Positions 28,806 through 42,000 of a stretch of 64,000 nt of DNA are shown here, one piece after another (position 1 is the stretch's first letter; each line of letters begins with the position of its first letter). The translations under genes and the position numbers were made by a program. The stretch comes from Octopus sinensis. Taxonomy: Eukaryota. The notes under the pieces are model-generated. The model was not told the DNA's origin and searched no databases. It was given only the letters and a program-made list of their open reading frames with translations. The stretch covers positions 30,938,001 through 31,002,000 of the forward strand of contig NC_043015.1 in the NCBI RefSeq assembly GCF_006345805.1. Reading direction: 5' to 3'.

Positions 28806-30342
28806 ATGGCTGCCCTATCTCCTAATAATGAAAATGTTGACAGAGTTTGGTTGGATAATAACATGTCTCAGCTTTGTTATGAAGAGCTACCATCATCAAA
28901 TAGTGTTTTATGTAGCAGAAATCAAGCTCTGACTCCCTCATCTGATGAAGGAAATATTTCAGAAACTGTAGCAAAAGATATTTTTATTCTCAATCAACAG
29001 ACATCGAGAGACCGACAGCCATCTTTGATGATCAATTTGAAGTCTTTGCAAGAGACCAAAAGACATAAGTGTCCTATTTGTGCGTATAAGACAAACTACA
29101 AATCCGATTTAAACCGGCATTCTAAGAAACACAGTAAATGTTCGTTCACATGTGATATCTGCAAGATGCCATTTATGAGTATGGGGATTGTCATGTACCA
29201 CAAGCAGAAACATCATTCAGAGCAGATGTCCAGCATGAGACACAGATATTCTTGCTCAATGTGTCCGTATGGCACAAGATCTAAGTCTGATTTAAACCGG
29301 CACCTGAAATTACACCCACTCGCCAAATATCTCTGTTACATCTGCCACATCCCTTTCAATAATTTCGAAACTTTGGAACTGCATTTAAAGACCTGGCATC
29401 CAGATGCCAATAGATCGGTTGCCCTCAGCAAAACTTCTAACATAGAAGTACCATCCAAAACAGCTCACGATGCTTTTTCTGATTCTGATAATCAAAACAA
29501 GAGATCACGAGAAGGCTCACGCAGCCCTTCTGATACCGTGTATTTGTATCTGCAAAATATTGACAAGAAAGGCTCAGATCAAAATAAAGCAGAGTGTAAT
29601 TACAGCGGCAGATCTCAGATAAAACTGGAAACTGAGAAATTTAAATGTACATTTTGTTCAAAAATATTTGAAGACCAATCAATACTTGATTTTCATATTC
29701 TTCAATTTCATATTGAAACACAGTTTTCGTTGAGTACAGGAGAGCAACTGAATCTTGGGAATACTTTAACCGATTCTAGTAGCAGTACCGATGCCAACAG
29801 GCAAGAATATTGTGAAGGTCAACAAGATACTTTGCAATGTTCTCAATGTGTTTTCAAGACATCCAACCAGTTTCTGTTGGATAATCATCTTAGAAAACAT
29901 CATGTGACCCTTTACTCTTGTTCTACGTGTAACCTTTCATTTCGGAATGTCCAAAATCTCATGCAACACAAACTACAACATGAATGCCAGCCTCGAAATA
30001 TTGAGAAGCAGAAGGGCAGATGTAAATACCAATGTGATATGTGTTCTTATGAAACTGACCACAAATCAACCTTCAACCGCCATGTTCTAAGACACAGCGT
30101 TGCCAAATATCGGTGTGATGAGTGTCAGATGCCATTTATGCGGGAAGGAAATTTAATTTTACACAAGCAACGGAATCATTCAACAGCTGAAAGTACTTCT
30201 ACGTTTAACAAAGAACAGCGTTACCAATGTCCACACTGCCAATACGCTTCCAGTTATAAAATCACTCTTCAGAGACATGTGTTGAAGCATGCAATTGCTC
30301 TTTTCAAGTGTGATCTTTGTCACATGCCTTTCATATGTCAAG
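28806..30342 (+). CDS. C2H2 zinc-finger gene coding exon A (fingers 1-10 and first half of 11)
   Basis: Part of ORF 28806-30413, ending at the GT donor at 30343. Confidence 0.92.
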
Positions 30343-32649
30343 GTAAACCTATTTCGGAGTATTATTCTGAGCATAGTCCCTGTTGTTTCTTTTTGACTTG
30401 TCTTGCTTTCTGATGCTGTTTTGTTGTCATTTAACCCCTTAGTGTCCACATTACTCTGTCAAATGTAACGTTTATTTATTTATCTTGTAGCACTGAGACT
30501 TTGATGATGTGATTCTATGTTTTCAAAATGAAATTGTAGGATAGGCGTGAGAGGCAGGATCTGCCCAGTTTGAATATAAAACAGAGAGAATATTTGGGCT
30601 GGATATCATCATCATCGTTTAACGTCCGCTTTCCATACTAGCATGGGTTGGACAGTGACTGGGGTCTGGGAAGCCAGAAGGCTGCACCAGGCTCCAGTCT
30701 GATCAGGCAGCGTTTCTACAGCTGGATGCCCTTCCTAACGTCAACCACTCCGTGAGTGTAGTGGGTGCTTTTTACGTGCCACCAGCACAGGGGCCAGGGG
30801 AGGCTGGCAATGGTCACGATTGGTTGCTGATTTTTACGTGCCACTGGCACAGAAGCCAGTCAAGGCGGTGCTGGCATCGACCACATTCGGATGGTGCTTT
30901 TTACGCACCTCCAGCACAGGTATCACAACTACAATTTCCATTTGATTTTATGATGTTGATGGTGATGTACTTGACTCAACAGGTCTCCTCAAGCACAGCA
31001 GGTCACCCTACAATCCAAGGTAAGCACTGCAGGCTGTCCTGCGATCCAAGGTACTTTGGATGGGCTGGGGCTGGTTATGTGAAGCTGGTGCAGGAAACAA
31101 CCATGAACTCACGTTATTTGTCGGGTTTTGGTTAAATACTAAAGGGTCAACTCCCAGGTTAACAGCCCTATGATCAAAGTCTTTCCATCCTTCACTATGC
31201 AGTCTTTCTTTTTTATCATTATTTCATGTGTTCCAAGGTAGTGAGCTAGCAGAATCATTAGCATTATAGAACACTGAACTTCCATACAGGGGTCTTGGTA
31301 CTTCATTTCACCCCCTTCTCTCTCTTTTATACACACACACACACATGCATACATATACACACATATTGGTATACTATAATCTTTCTGAAATAATGATGAT
31401 TCTAATAATGATTCTTTATCAAAATTGTATTTTTTTCTTAGGTAACTTATCTCATCACAAGAAACTTCAACATGGTGCACCTGTGTCAGACAATATTCAA
31501 GATAAAGACCCCGCTCAGCATAGTTACCTGCACAACTTCAACATACAGAGGAAACTTAATGAATCGAAGGCTGTTTCTCAGACTAACTCCTCATTCAGTT
31601 CTACTGATGTTATCAACCTTACTCAGTGCAAACCTGAAATATATACTCCCTACCCAACTGCACCCGTTATCTGCCAAGATGAGAGACCTGAAGTATATAA
31701 TGTCTACCCTGTGCTAGAATCCGAACCTGTTGTCTGCGAAGATGATAGGCCTGAAAGTTTCCTGTGTCCCTACTGCCCGACTAAATTTGCCTCTAAGGAG
31801 GATTTCCTCAAACATATCAGCAGTCATGAAGGGACCATGTACCACTACACAGTGGGCACCTCTTCCTTGTTGCAGCAAGTGCAGTTTGAAGAAAATATGT
31901 TACAGCAGTATGGCAACAGCAGCAGTAATTTATCAGCTGATACTGGCGCTAACGAGCACTCGTCATTGCCCGGTGCTGCCACTATCCTTACGGACAACTT
32001 ACTGACTATTAGCGACGTATCTGGAAATACTTCGGGTTTTATCAACTCAGCTAGCAACTTCCAAAGTGAAGAGAGCCAAAGTCCTGGAGAACTTAATTAT
32101 ATTGAGATTGACGATGACAATAACGACAGCGATATTGATGATGGAAATAATAATAACAACAACAACAATAGTAATAATAACAACAACAACAATAATAATG
32201 ATAATCAAGGGGGCATTGGAACTGAAAACATTAGAGGGAAGGAAAGAATTGAACTTGGGGTTATCACTTTAGAGGCCGATGAAAGAAAATCGACAGAATC
32301 TGATGTAAATATTGAACCGAAACAGACTGCAGCCCTTGACCACGGTCGTCAGAATTTGGTAGAGTGCTGTGACAAAGAAATTCAGTGTGCCCTCATTTCA
32401 TCTGAAGGTTCCTCAACCAATGACTCATTATCTGCATCTCTTGTACAGCCTCCTCAGAGGGGAAGATACGTTAAACTAGTCTCCGACTTTGATGATTTCG
32501 CTGAACGTCCGTTTGCATGCGCTCTTTGCTATCATCGCTTTAGCAAGTACGAAGAACTTAAGAAACATGTACAGAATCACTTGACGGGCGCAGGAGGATT
32601 TGAAGAGATTCCATCCACTGCACTATTTGTATCCACAACTTCAGATTAA
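28806..32649 (+). CDS. Multi-C2H2 zinc-finger protein, 2 coding exons (28806-30342, 31442-32649), ~914 aa, 13 fingers
   Basis: Two long ORFs contain CxxC-x12-H-x3/4-H motifs. Donor CAAG|gtaaac at 30342 and acceptor ttttttcttag|GT at 31442 are both phase 1, and joining them rebuilds finger 11 (CDLCHMPFICQG-NLSHHKKLQH). The true 5' start is uncertain: in-frame TAG at 28791, possible acceptors at 28588, 28700 and 28793. Confidence 0.93.
31442..32649 (+). CDS. C2H2 zinc-finger gene terminal coding exon (end of finger 11, fingers 12-13, acidic/poly-Asn region)
   Basis: Polypyrimidine tract plus AG acceptor; open frame to TAA at 32647-32649. Confidence 0.92.
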
Positions 32650-34612
32650 ACTGCAGACAAGGACAGATATTGTTTAGAGGATGTTATAAAGGCTTGTACC
32701 ATAAATGGCAATGCTACTAAATTAAGACACTCCCGAACATAGTTTATACTGCGAGTACCAAATATGGTTTATATTGAAAGTAACAGATAATGCAAACATG
32801 ATTTCTCATTATTTGTTGGAGAGAACAAGATATGAAGTACAAAACATGGTTGATAGTTGGAATACCAAATATGGTGATAATGTCAGATTTACTAATAGTA
32901 CCATGTAGGTGCTAGTATCATAGACTGTGATATTACAATGTATGGGTGACTGTACCATATATGTATTAGAGTCATATAGGGAGATAATACCTATTTCTTT
33001 ATTACCCACAAGGGGCCAAACAAGGACAGACAAACGGATTAAGTCAATTACATCGACCCCAGTGCATAACTGGTACGGATGACCATGATTTTACTTAGCT
33101 TGTTGCATTTTTTCAAGTACAGCAAATTGCCACAACTCCTGGCCCCTTGTCATTTCCTCAGTGAGGTCTACTTTGTCCCACATCTTCCTGAGTCTATCCC
33201 TTCCATAGGTTCCCTCCAAAAACAACAACACAATGTAGAAATTTTATCAAATTTATGTTTAATTATCTTTTTATTAAAAAAAAAATCTTTATTGTTTTAA
33301 TTTCACCAAATGGTCCAGATTCAAACAGATTTAGATTTTTTTTCAATTGTTTCTGGTTAGTTTGGTTAATCTTTTGTCTGAATGATTCTCTGCGTAGTAG
33401 TCTACAGTGGCAGTCATAGTTTTCAGTTTTAATCCAGGCTGCATTCGTAATGATTAAATTTTCTGTGATATATTGATTTCCAACTCTGGTACAAAAAAAG
33501 CCATACATTTGTGGGGAAGCATTACATGCGCCAAGGAATGGCTGCACTGATTCAAAGGCCACATGTCATATGTTATATATAACTGCAATGCATTCATACA
33601 AAAGGCAAAGTCAGCCCTAATGAGAATTGAACTCAAAACATCAAAGGGAAAATACTAAATATCTCGAGCCCATCACTTTAGTGTTTCTGCTATGCCACCA
33701 CCATTGTTCTACATTTTTAGAATTTATTTTACAGAAAATATAAAAATATAAAATTGAAACATTCATTATTTACTGAGTTTTTGGTGAGACTTTTATTATT
33801 AAAAGGTTGTCTGGGAACATGAGATTTGGTACTTCATGGTTCCAGTAAAGATTGGAATTTGAAATCATCCTTTCTGGGATCGGTGGAATGATGTCCAGGA
33901 GAAGAAGTCAAGTTATGAAGGATCACAGTTATGTCTCACAAACTCTTGAAGTGTAACGGTTATGTGTTTTTCTTGTCTGCATATACTGCCACCCGTTATC
34001 TAGACAATATCTATAAGACTCCTCCCCAGCCAACTATCACAGTTTCTCAGTCTGTTCAACGGTTACGCGCTCTCTATGCAGCCAACATTTACAGATATAT
34101 CTATACACATCTATTCTATATCCAAACTCTGCATCGTCTATCTAGTCGATATCTACAGTCATATATAAGCTGTTAACCCTGAAGACTGTGACACACACGC
34201 ACACATGCACACACACACATATATACATATATAAAGACAGAGAGAGGGGAAACTACACTTTCTATCTACTCAGCAACTACACTGTATCAATCAAATTAAC
34301 ATCTACACACTGTGTCTAACCAGCCAACATATATACTATGCCTACTCAGTCAGTATCTAAAGTCCATGTCTGCCCAGTCTGTGTATATCCACAAATGCCA
34401 ATAGCAACTGGGACTTTCTAACCACAGACATTATACGGTTGAGCAAATGAGGTTGGATATCGACAGTTTTGATAATTTTAATTTGACCATTTCTAAAGTA
34501 TCGGATAAATAAGAAAATCAATAAATCCAACTTTCAAGTAATCATTTTTGAAGAATCCTGAAAGATGGAATCAGTAATAGCGAAAATGAGTTTGTTTTGG
34601 TTATTCTGTTTT

Positions 34613-34877
34613 AAAACAATTGCAGCGTGGAAAGTGTTTATAAGCCATTTAAGAAACACACAAAAACCGTTAGATTCACTTCAACATTTAAGTTTAATTT
34701 GTCAAAATATTTTCGTCACTTTGAGGCCACAACCTGTTCACTGACAAAACTTCATGCTGCATCTCTCAAAGCGACAAAAATATTTTGACAAATTAAATTT
34801 AAATGTTGAAGTGAATCTAACGGTTTTTGTGTGTTTCTTAAATGGCTTACAAACACCTTCCACGCTGCAATTGTTTT
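34613..34877. repeat. Fold-back repeat with 113-bp imperfect arms; a shorter-armed copy of the same family is at 20312-20456
   Basis: aaaacaattgcagcgtgg...ccacgctgcaattgtttt. Both copies continue with cgttccagcacac...gcaagtacatctc. Confidence 0.9.
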
Positions 34878-35119
34878 CGTTCCAGCACACAATCTCAGAT
34901 CAGGTCACTTGCTATGCAAGTACATCTCTGTAATATTTTAAAACAATATTATTTCTTCTGAATATTAGAAAAAAATGAGAGAATTGACTGAACAAATTGG
35001 GGGCAGATTCTATTTCCCTCTCAACCAAAAAATCTACTTTTCTGTACAAGTCTGCCATGATCCAGCAGAAGATCATGTGATATTAGAGTATTGACATCTA
35101 AAATAAAATGGTGTTTCTG

Positions 35120-35248
35120 CTACAATCTTGACATTGATTCAATATTATCCGAAATATCTTCTATAGAATCTCCAGTATAGCCGATGCCATTTCTGTGACC
35201 GTTTTCTGGCTTCTTAAAATCGTGATCACCCAAATAAAATCTAATTTC
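35120..35248 (-). CDS. SLC9A: Probable NHE terminal exon (EIRFYLGDHDFKK...NIESMSRL*)
   Basis: Acceptor T-rich-atttcacag at phase 0; 42 codons then TAG. Confidence 0.75.
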   Translation of the reverse strand, partial: EIRFYLGDHDFKKPENGHRNGIGYTGDSIEDISDNIESMSRL

Positions 35249-38200
35249 CTGTGAAATAAAAAAAAAAAAAGAATGAAAGAAAGAAAGAAAGAAATTATAT
35301 ATTTCAATGATTAACAGATGAGTAACTATCTTTTGATACAGACACAACACAAGCTATGCTTTCGGGTTTTTGGCTAAAGTTTTCAGAAGTAAACCCAAGA
35401 AGGTTACCATTAATTCCGTGAAATATTCATGGGTCCCGCTAGTAATATAATAATGAACTTATTGTATACAGTGTTCTGGCACACTACAACTCATCAGACA
35501 AAAAACACAGAATATGCACAGGCAGTGAACAGGGATTGAGTTGATAAAAAAAAAGAAGATAGCTTACATACAAATAACATGGAATGATGGCAAATAAGAC
35601 ATTAAGATGTAATTTTAAGTTAGATTTGGCTGCCATTTCTAGTAACTTGTAAAGTATTTCATAATAAGTATTGAATAAAGTATTTCATAATAGGTATAGG
35701 CACAGGAGTGGCTGTGTGGTAAGTAGCTTGCTTACCAACCACATGGTTCCGGGTTCAGTCCCACTGCGTGGCATCTTGGGCAAGTGTCTTCTACTATAGC
35801 CCCGGGCCGACCAAAGCCTTGTGAGTGGATTTGGTAAACGGAAACTGAAAGAAGCCTGTCGTATATATGTATATATATATATGTATGTGTGTGTCTGTGT
35901 TTGTGTGTCTGTGTTTGTCTCCCTAGCATTGCTTGACATCCGATGCTGGTGTGTTTACGTCCCCGTCACTTAGCGGTTCGGCAAAAGAGACCGATAGAAT
36001 AAGTACTGGGCTTACAAAAGAATAAGTTCCGGAGTCAATTTACTCGACTAAAGGTGGTGCTCCAGCATGGCCACAGTCAAATGACTGAAACAAGTAAAAA
36101 AAAAAACCCAAAAAAACTCACAGCCATGATATTGTAGTTCCATACCTTATTGTTGCCTTATTGTCAAAATGTCTCATTGTCTCTGAAATAAAAGTATTTT
36201 TCAATTACTTCCATTTAGTCACTTACCTTGTTTGTAGAATTCTCAGAATTCGTTTTAGATTTCACATATCGCAGTAATTGGTTGGCATTCAGTTCCTTTC
36301 CAATGGAAGTTTTCCCAGGTCGCTCACTTCTCACATTTAATTCATACTGAACCGGCGCTAAACTTGTATATCTGTCCCTGACATATCTGTTTAATTCGAA
36401 AAAATAAGAGATAATTAATTGATTTAAGTATAATGGAATGAACACACAATTAGCAAAAAAAGGGTGAATTCACTAGAGAAGTTTGTTGAAAACCAAATCT
36501 GAGAAATGTGGTTAGAGTGTTATGGGAAAAGATTGCTAGGCAGATTTTTGAAGCTGAGTCAACCAACGGGTGACCAAGGAGTAGACCAAAAACGAGATGG
36601 TTGGATAATATCCACAGTCATGCTTGGGAATCCAGCCAGAATGTGTAACGATGGTTATCTCTGATGGGACCCTATGGAGGAGGTAGTTAAGTACTCTACC
36701 CCCTGAAATAGTGGACAGTGAAAATGGCTGGATGGAAATCAGAGAAATCATTTCCCAGTACTTATTATTTTTAAGTCTGGTACTTATTCTATCGATCTCT
36801 TTTGCCAAACTGCTAAGAAATGGGGATGTAAACACACCAGCACTGGTTGTCAAGCAGTGGTGAGTGACAAACATAGTCACAAAGACACACACACACACAC
36901 ATACAAAGAGGTGCTGCAAAGTTCCAGGCTTTAAACGTATTGTGCAAGGCCTGGTTGGAGGCTCAACCTTTTGAGTTCTTTTCCAGGGCTTAGAATAACT
37001 GAAGGACCCCTGCAATAAGTGTGTGAATCTGAGAGGAGAATATGTTGAATAAAATCATAATTAACTGGTTTTCCTGTATTTTCTTTTACCCAAAGACAGC
37101 AACCCTAATACATATGATGGGCTTCTGTCAGTTTCCGTCTACGAAATCCATTCACAAAGCTTTACTGAGCCCAAAGCTATTGTAGAAGACACTTGTCCAA
37201 GGTGCCACACATTGGGACTGAACCTGAAACCATATGGTTAGAAGCAAGCCTTTTACCACACAGCTACAGCCACACCTATACATGGATTTTTTTTTATTGT
37301 TTAGCTTGGTCTGAAGAAAAGGATAGTGTTCATAAACCTCAGAGACCCTTCAAGAGCTGTGGAATTTATGTAGCTAATGTTCCACTGGAAAAGATGCATC
37401 GTAATAATGGCTGCAAGAAAAATGTGTACAGGGAGGAAATCCCATAAAATTGACATTCCAAGAAGAAAGGACAGCAATTTTAGGGAAGGGGGCAGGTTGA
37501 TTGCATCGGCCCCAGTATATGACTGGTACTTATTTTATCGACCCCAAAAGGATGAAAGGCAAAGTCAACCTCGTCAGAATTTGTGATGGTATACACATAT
37601 TCCTGGAAAAAAATTGAATAGGTGTACACATGAGGATATTTTGCATCTCAGTTCTCAATGACAGAAAAAATTAAATGGAAAATATTCAGGTATTATAGGT
37701 CAATGAACGTATTCCTTCAGCTGTCACTTGATAGATAGATATATCAATATCAGAGAAGGGTGTATTGAAAATAAGAGGACAAATTATACAAATACAAATA
37801 TTTGTTAATAGCAATATCTGAAAAGTAAAGAAAGAAAGCAGAAACCATCTTCATTATTGTAGAAGTATTTTGAATGAAACACAGAGAAAAACACAGTCAA
37901 GGGTTATGTCTGATGTTTACTTAACTTATATATCATTACAGAATCAGAACACAGACATGACCCAATATCAAAAAATGGTTAACCTTTCAAAACACACAAA
38001 AAAAAGAAAATTTTTTTATATATATGTTATCAGTATTTGTATGCAGTCAGTACCTGGATATATTTTGTACTATTACTCTTTTACTTGTTTCAGTCATTTG
38101 ACTGCGGCCATGCTGGAGCACCGCCTTTAATCGAGCAACTCGACCCCGGGACTTATTCTTTTGTAAGCCCAGTACTTATTCTATCGGTCTCTTTTGCTGA

Positions 38201-38992
38201 ACTGCTAAGTAACTGGAACATAAACACACCAACATCGGTTGTCAAGCAATGCTAGGGGGACAAACACAGACACACACACACATATATATATATATACATA
38301 TATACAACAGGCTTCTTTCAGTTTCCGTCTACCAAATCCACTTACAAGGCATTGGTTGGCCCGGGGCTGTAGCAGAAGACACTTGCCCAAGATGCCACGC
38401 AGTGGGACTGAACCCGGAACCATGTGGTTGGTTAGCAAGCTACTTAACTACATATATAACCAATGTTTTTATTTTCTTACCACTAGGTATTCTAAATATT
38501 ATATCTGTATATACACACAGGTATGGCTTTGTGGTGTGGTTAAGAAGCTCACTTTGCAACCATGTGGTTATGAGTTCAATCTCACTGTCTGGCACTTTGG
38601 GCAAGGGCCTTCTACTATAGCCCTGGGCCAGCTAATGTCTTGTGAATGAATTTGGTAGATGTAAACTATGTGGATACCTGTTATAGACACACACACACAC
38701 ACATATATACTAGACTAGCTGAGACCTGTTGGGTCACCGATAGTTCAAGGTACCCGCAAAAACTGTGTATCTCAGGGATATAAGTACAAAAACTACGTAC
38801 ATTTCATGGCTATAATTAAATTCAAATTATTCATTTTTATACTTTTTGTGATCTAGTTATATGTTTTAAAAAAATATATTTTATTTTTTATTTATGATTT
38901 GGTTTATATCTATCATTATTTGAATTGCATAATAGTGGTTTTTCTCTAATTTATATATATTATATATATATGTGTGTGTGTATATATATATA

Positions 38993-39027
<35 letters not shown>

Positions 39028-42000
39028 GCTTAAAGTTTACTCTCATTGCTTCAACTAATGGTCTGGGTCCTGTTTGTGACTTTCAGTTCTTAATGCTCCT
39101 ATATATTTCCCCCACTTCCTTCCTGTAACCCCCATAAACCCAAACAATGCAGCTGTCTGTCCTTTTGGATTTGCAGTAGACTTTGAAGATATACATCATC
39201 ATCATCATCATCGTCGTTAACGTCCGTTCTCCATGCTAGCATGGTTGGACGGTTCGACCGGGTTCTGAAGCCAGAATGCTGCACCAGCCTCCAGTCTAAT
39301 TGGCAATGTTTCTACAGCTGGATGCCCTTCCTAACGCCAACCACTCTGTGATTGTAGTGGTGCTTTTACGTGCCACCTGCACAGGTGCCAGGCGGAGCTG
39401 GCAACGGCCACGTCAGATTGGTGTATTTTATGTGCCACCGGCACGGAAGCCAGTCGAGGCGGTGCTGGCATCGGCCACGAGTCGGATAGTGCTTTTTACG
39501 TACCACCAGACCAGGATCCTGGCTGGTTCAATTCGATTTCGATTTCGCTTGCCCCAACATGTCTTCACAAGCAAAGGGGGTTGGCAGGGTGCCTGTCGTA
39601 GGTCCATTGGAGTATTTTACGTGCCACGGCCATAGTCGGATAGTGCTTTTTACGTACCACCAGACCAGGGATCCTGGCTGGTTCAATTCGATTTCGATTT
39701 CGCTTGCCCCAACATGTCTTCACAAGCAAAGGGGGTTGGCATGGGTGCCTGTCGTACGGTCGCATTGGAGTATTTTACGTCACGGCCAAATAAAACATTT
39801 CTTTTATTGCAATTTATCAAAATATCTCTTTATCTATGTAGTTCTGAATTATTTCCTCTTATCTATCTGTCTATCTATCTATCTATCTATCTATAAATAC
39901 ACCAATCCGACCGTGTCCGTTGCTAGCCTCGCCGGGCACCTGTGCAGGTGGCACGTAAAAAGCACCCACTACACTCACGGAGTGGTTGGCGTTAGGAAGG
40001 GCATCCAGCTGTAGAAACACTGCCAGATAAGACTGGAGCCTGGTGCAGCCTTCTGGCTTCCCAGATCCCCGGCCGAACCGTCCAACCTATGCTAGCATGG
40101 AGAACGGACGTTAAACGATGATGATGATGATGATGATGATATACATATATTGTCGGTAAATCATAAATTCAAAGGAGAAGCACACTAAGTTATAAAGCAG
40201 TAGAGTATTTAAATATAATTATGGTCGGTTACCCAGAGTTTCCTGTCCATAAAGGACTTGGCTTTACAGTGACTTCTCAGACCCTAATGGCCAGAGGTTA
40301 TAGGCCACTGGCCATTGGCGTCTGACAGGATGCTGTGAAGCTATGTGTATGTGGTTTATGGGCATATACGCACCACATGCACACAACAGACTTCTTCCAG
40401 TTTCCATCTATTAAATTGATTCACAATGTTTTGGTTGGCCTAGGGTTATAGTAGAAGAAACTTGCCAAAGGTGTGCCATGCAGAGGGATTGAACCTAAGT
40501 CCACATGGTTGGGAAGCAAGCTTCTCAATCACACAGCCATGCCTAGACCTATACGTAGCCACACCTGTGAGAAATGCTTACTCTTTCTCTTTTACTCTTT
40601 TACTCTTTTACTTGTTTCAGTTATTTGACTGTGACCATGCTGGAGCACTGCTTTTAGTTGAGCAAATCGACCCCAGGACTTATTCTTTGTAAGCCTAGTA
40701 CTTATTCTATCAGTCTCTTTTGCCAAACCGCTAAGTTACGGAGACGTAAACACACCACCATCGGTTGTCAAGTAATGTTGGGGGAACAAACACAGACACA
40801 CAAACATACACACACACACACACATATATATATACGACGAGCTTCTTTCAGTTTCCGTCTACCAAATCCATTCACAAGGCTTTGGTCGGCCTGAGGCTAT
40901 AGTAGAAGACACTTGCCCAAGGTGCTTTGATTGTATTTTTTCACTGTTAATTATTATAACTTCCAATATCAAAAAATAATTGTGTTGCCGTGTACCTATG
41001 TATCAGTGAATATATTTGAGTATATACCAGCAGTTTAATGTATCAACTGTTAACTCTATCTGCTGATATCAGAAACTAACTTTGTACGAATATATTTCTC
41101 AACATGTGGTCATGTTTTCAATCTATTTCTAACACTGTTATCGGTAGCGACCAATATCTGGAGATAATTATGTTACTATGTACCAATATATGTAGGAAAT
41201 ATTTTCTACTGCATTTCGGTTTCCATATAATGGATTTTGTTTCCCTGTAGTAACCTGTAGTTCATCCAACATATGGCTTAATGGACAGAACTGAGCTATG
41301 TACTCAATATAAAATGCATAAGGCGGGTGGGTGGGGTGAAGAGTAACAATAAGCAACAAAAAGACAAATAAAACCATTTACTGTTTTGCTCGGTGATCAT
41401 TGATAAGAAAATAGACCTGGCTTCCATAATTTCTTCACTATCAGAGTGAACATGCGTAAGTAATCAAGCAAACGAATCCGACAAAACAGTGGCACTTAAT
41501 TTTGGATATACAATGCTGGATGGGGAGCTGTATGCGTGTGTGTGTATACATATATACCATATAGTACTCTGTAAAGCAGTTGAATAATTTTTTAAAAATA
41601 GGACAAAATTTATCATGTTTACTTTCAACCGAAGGAGGTGGTGAGGTTATAGGGCCTTGCTTTAACCTTAGCACGCCGGGCGAAATGTGTAGCTGTATTT
41701 CGTCTGTCGCTACGTTCCGAGTTCAAATTCCGCCGGGGTTGACTTTGCCTTTCATCCTTTCGGGGTCAATAAATTAAGTACCAGTTACGCACTGGGGTCG
41801 ATGTAATCGACTTAATCCCTTTGTCTGTCCCCCTCTGTGTTTAGCCCCTTGTGGGTAGTAAAGAAATATATAGGGCCTTACTTTGGTTGAGAGTAAACAT
41901 AAATTTTGTCCTATTGTTATAAAATTGAAACTACAACGATAGTCACAACAACAGCAATAACAGCAACAACAGGAACAACAGCAGCAACAACAACAACAAC

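Noticed and set aside
30343-30413. 3' end of the 535-aa ORF as the true C-terminus
   Set aside because: This is read-through into the intron; splicing at 30342 completes the zinc finger.
35120-35131. C-terminal SRL as a peroxisomal PTS1 signal
   Set aside because: PTS1 import applies to matrix proteins, not polytopic membrane exchangers; a PDZ ligand is more plausible.
36146-36182. Extra 37-nt minus-strand NHE exon with good splice signals
   Set aside because: It would need a 44-nt intron and has a TGA in the phase-0 frame.
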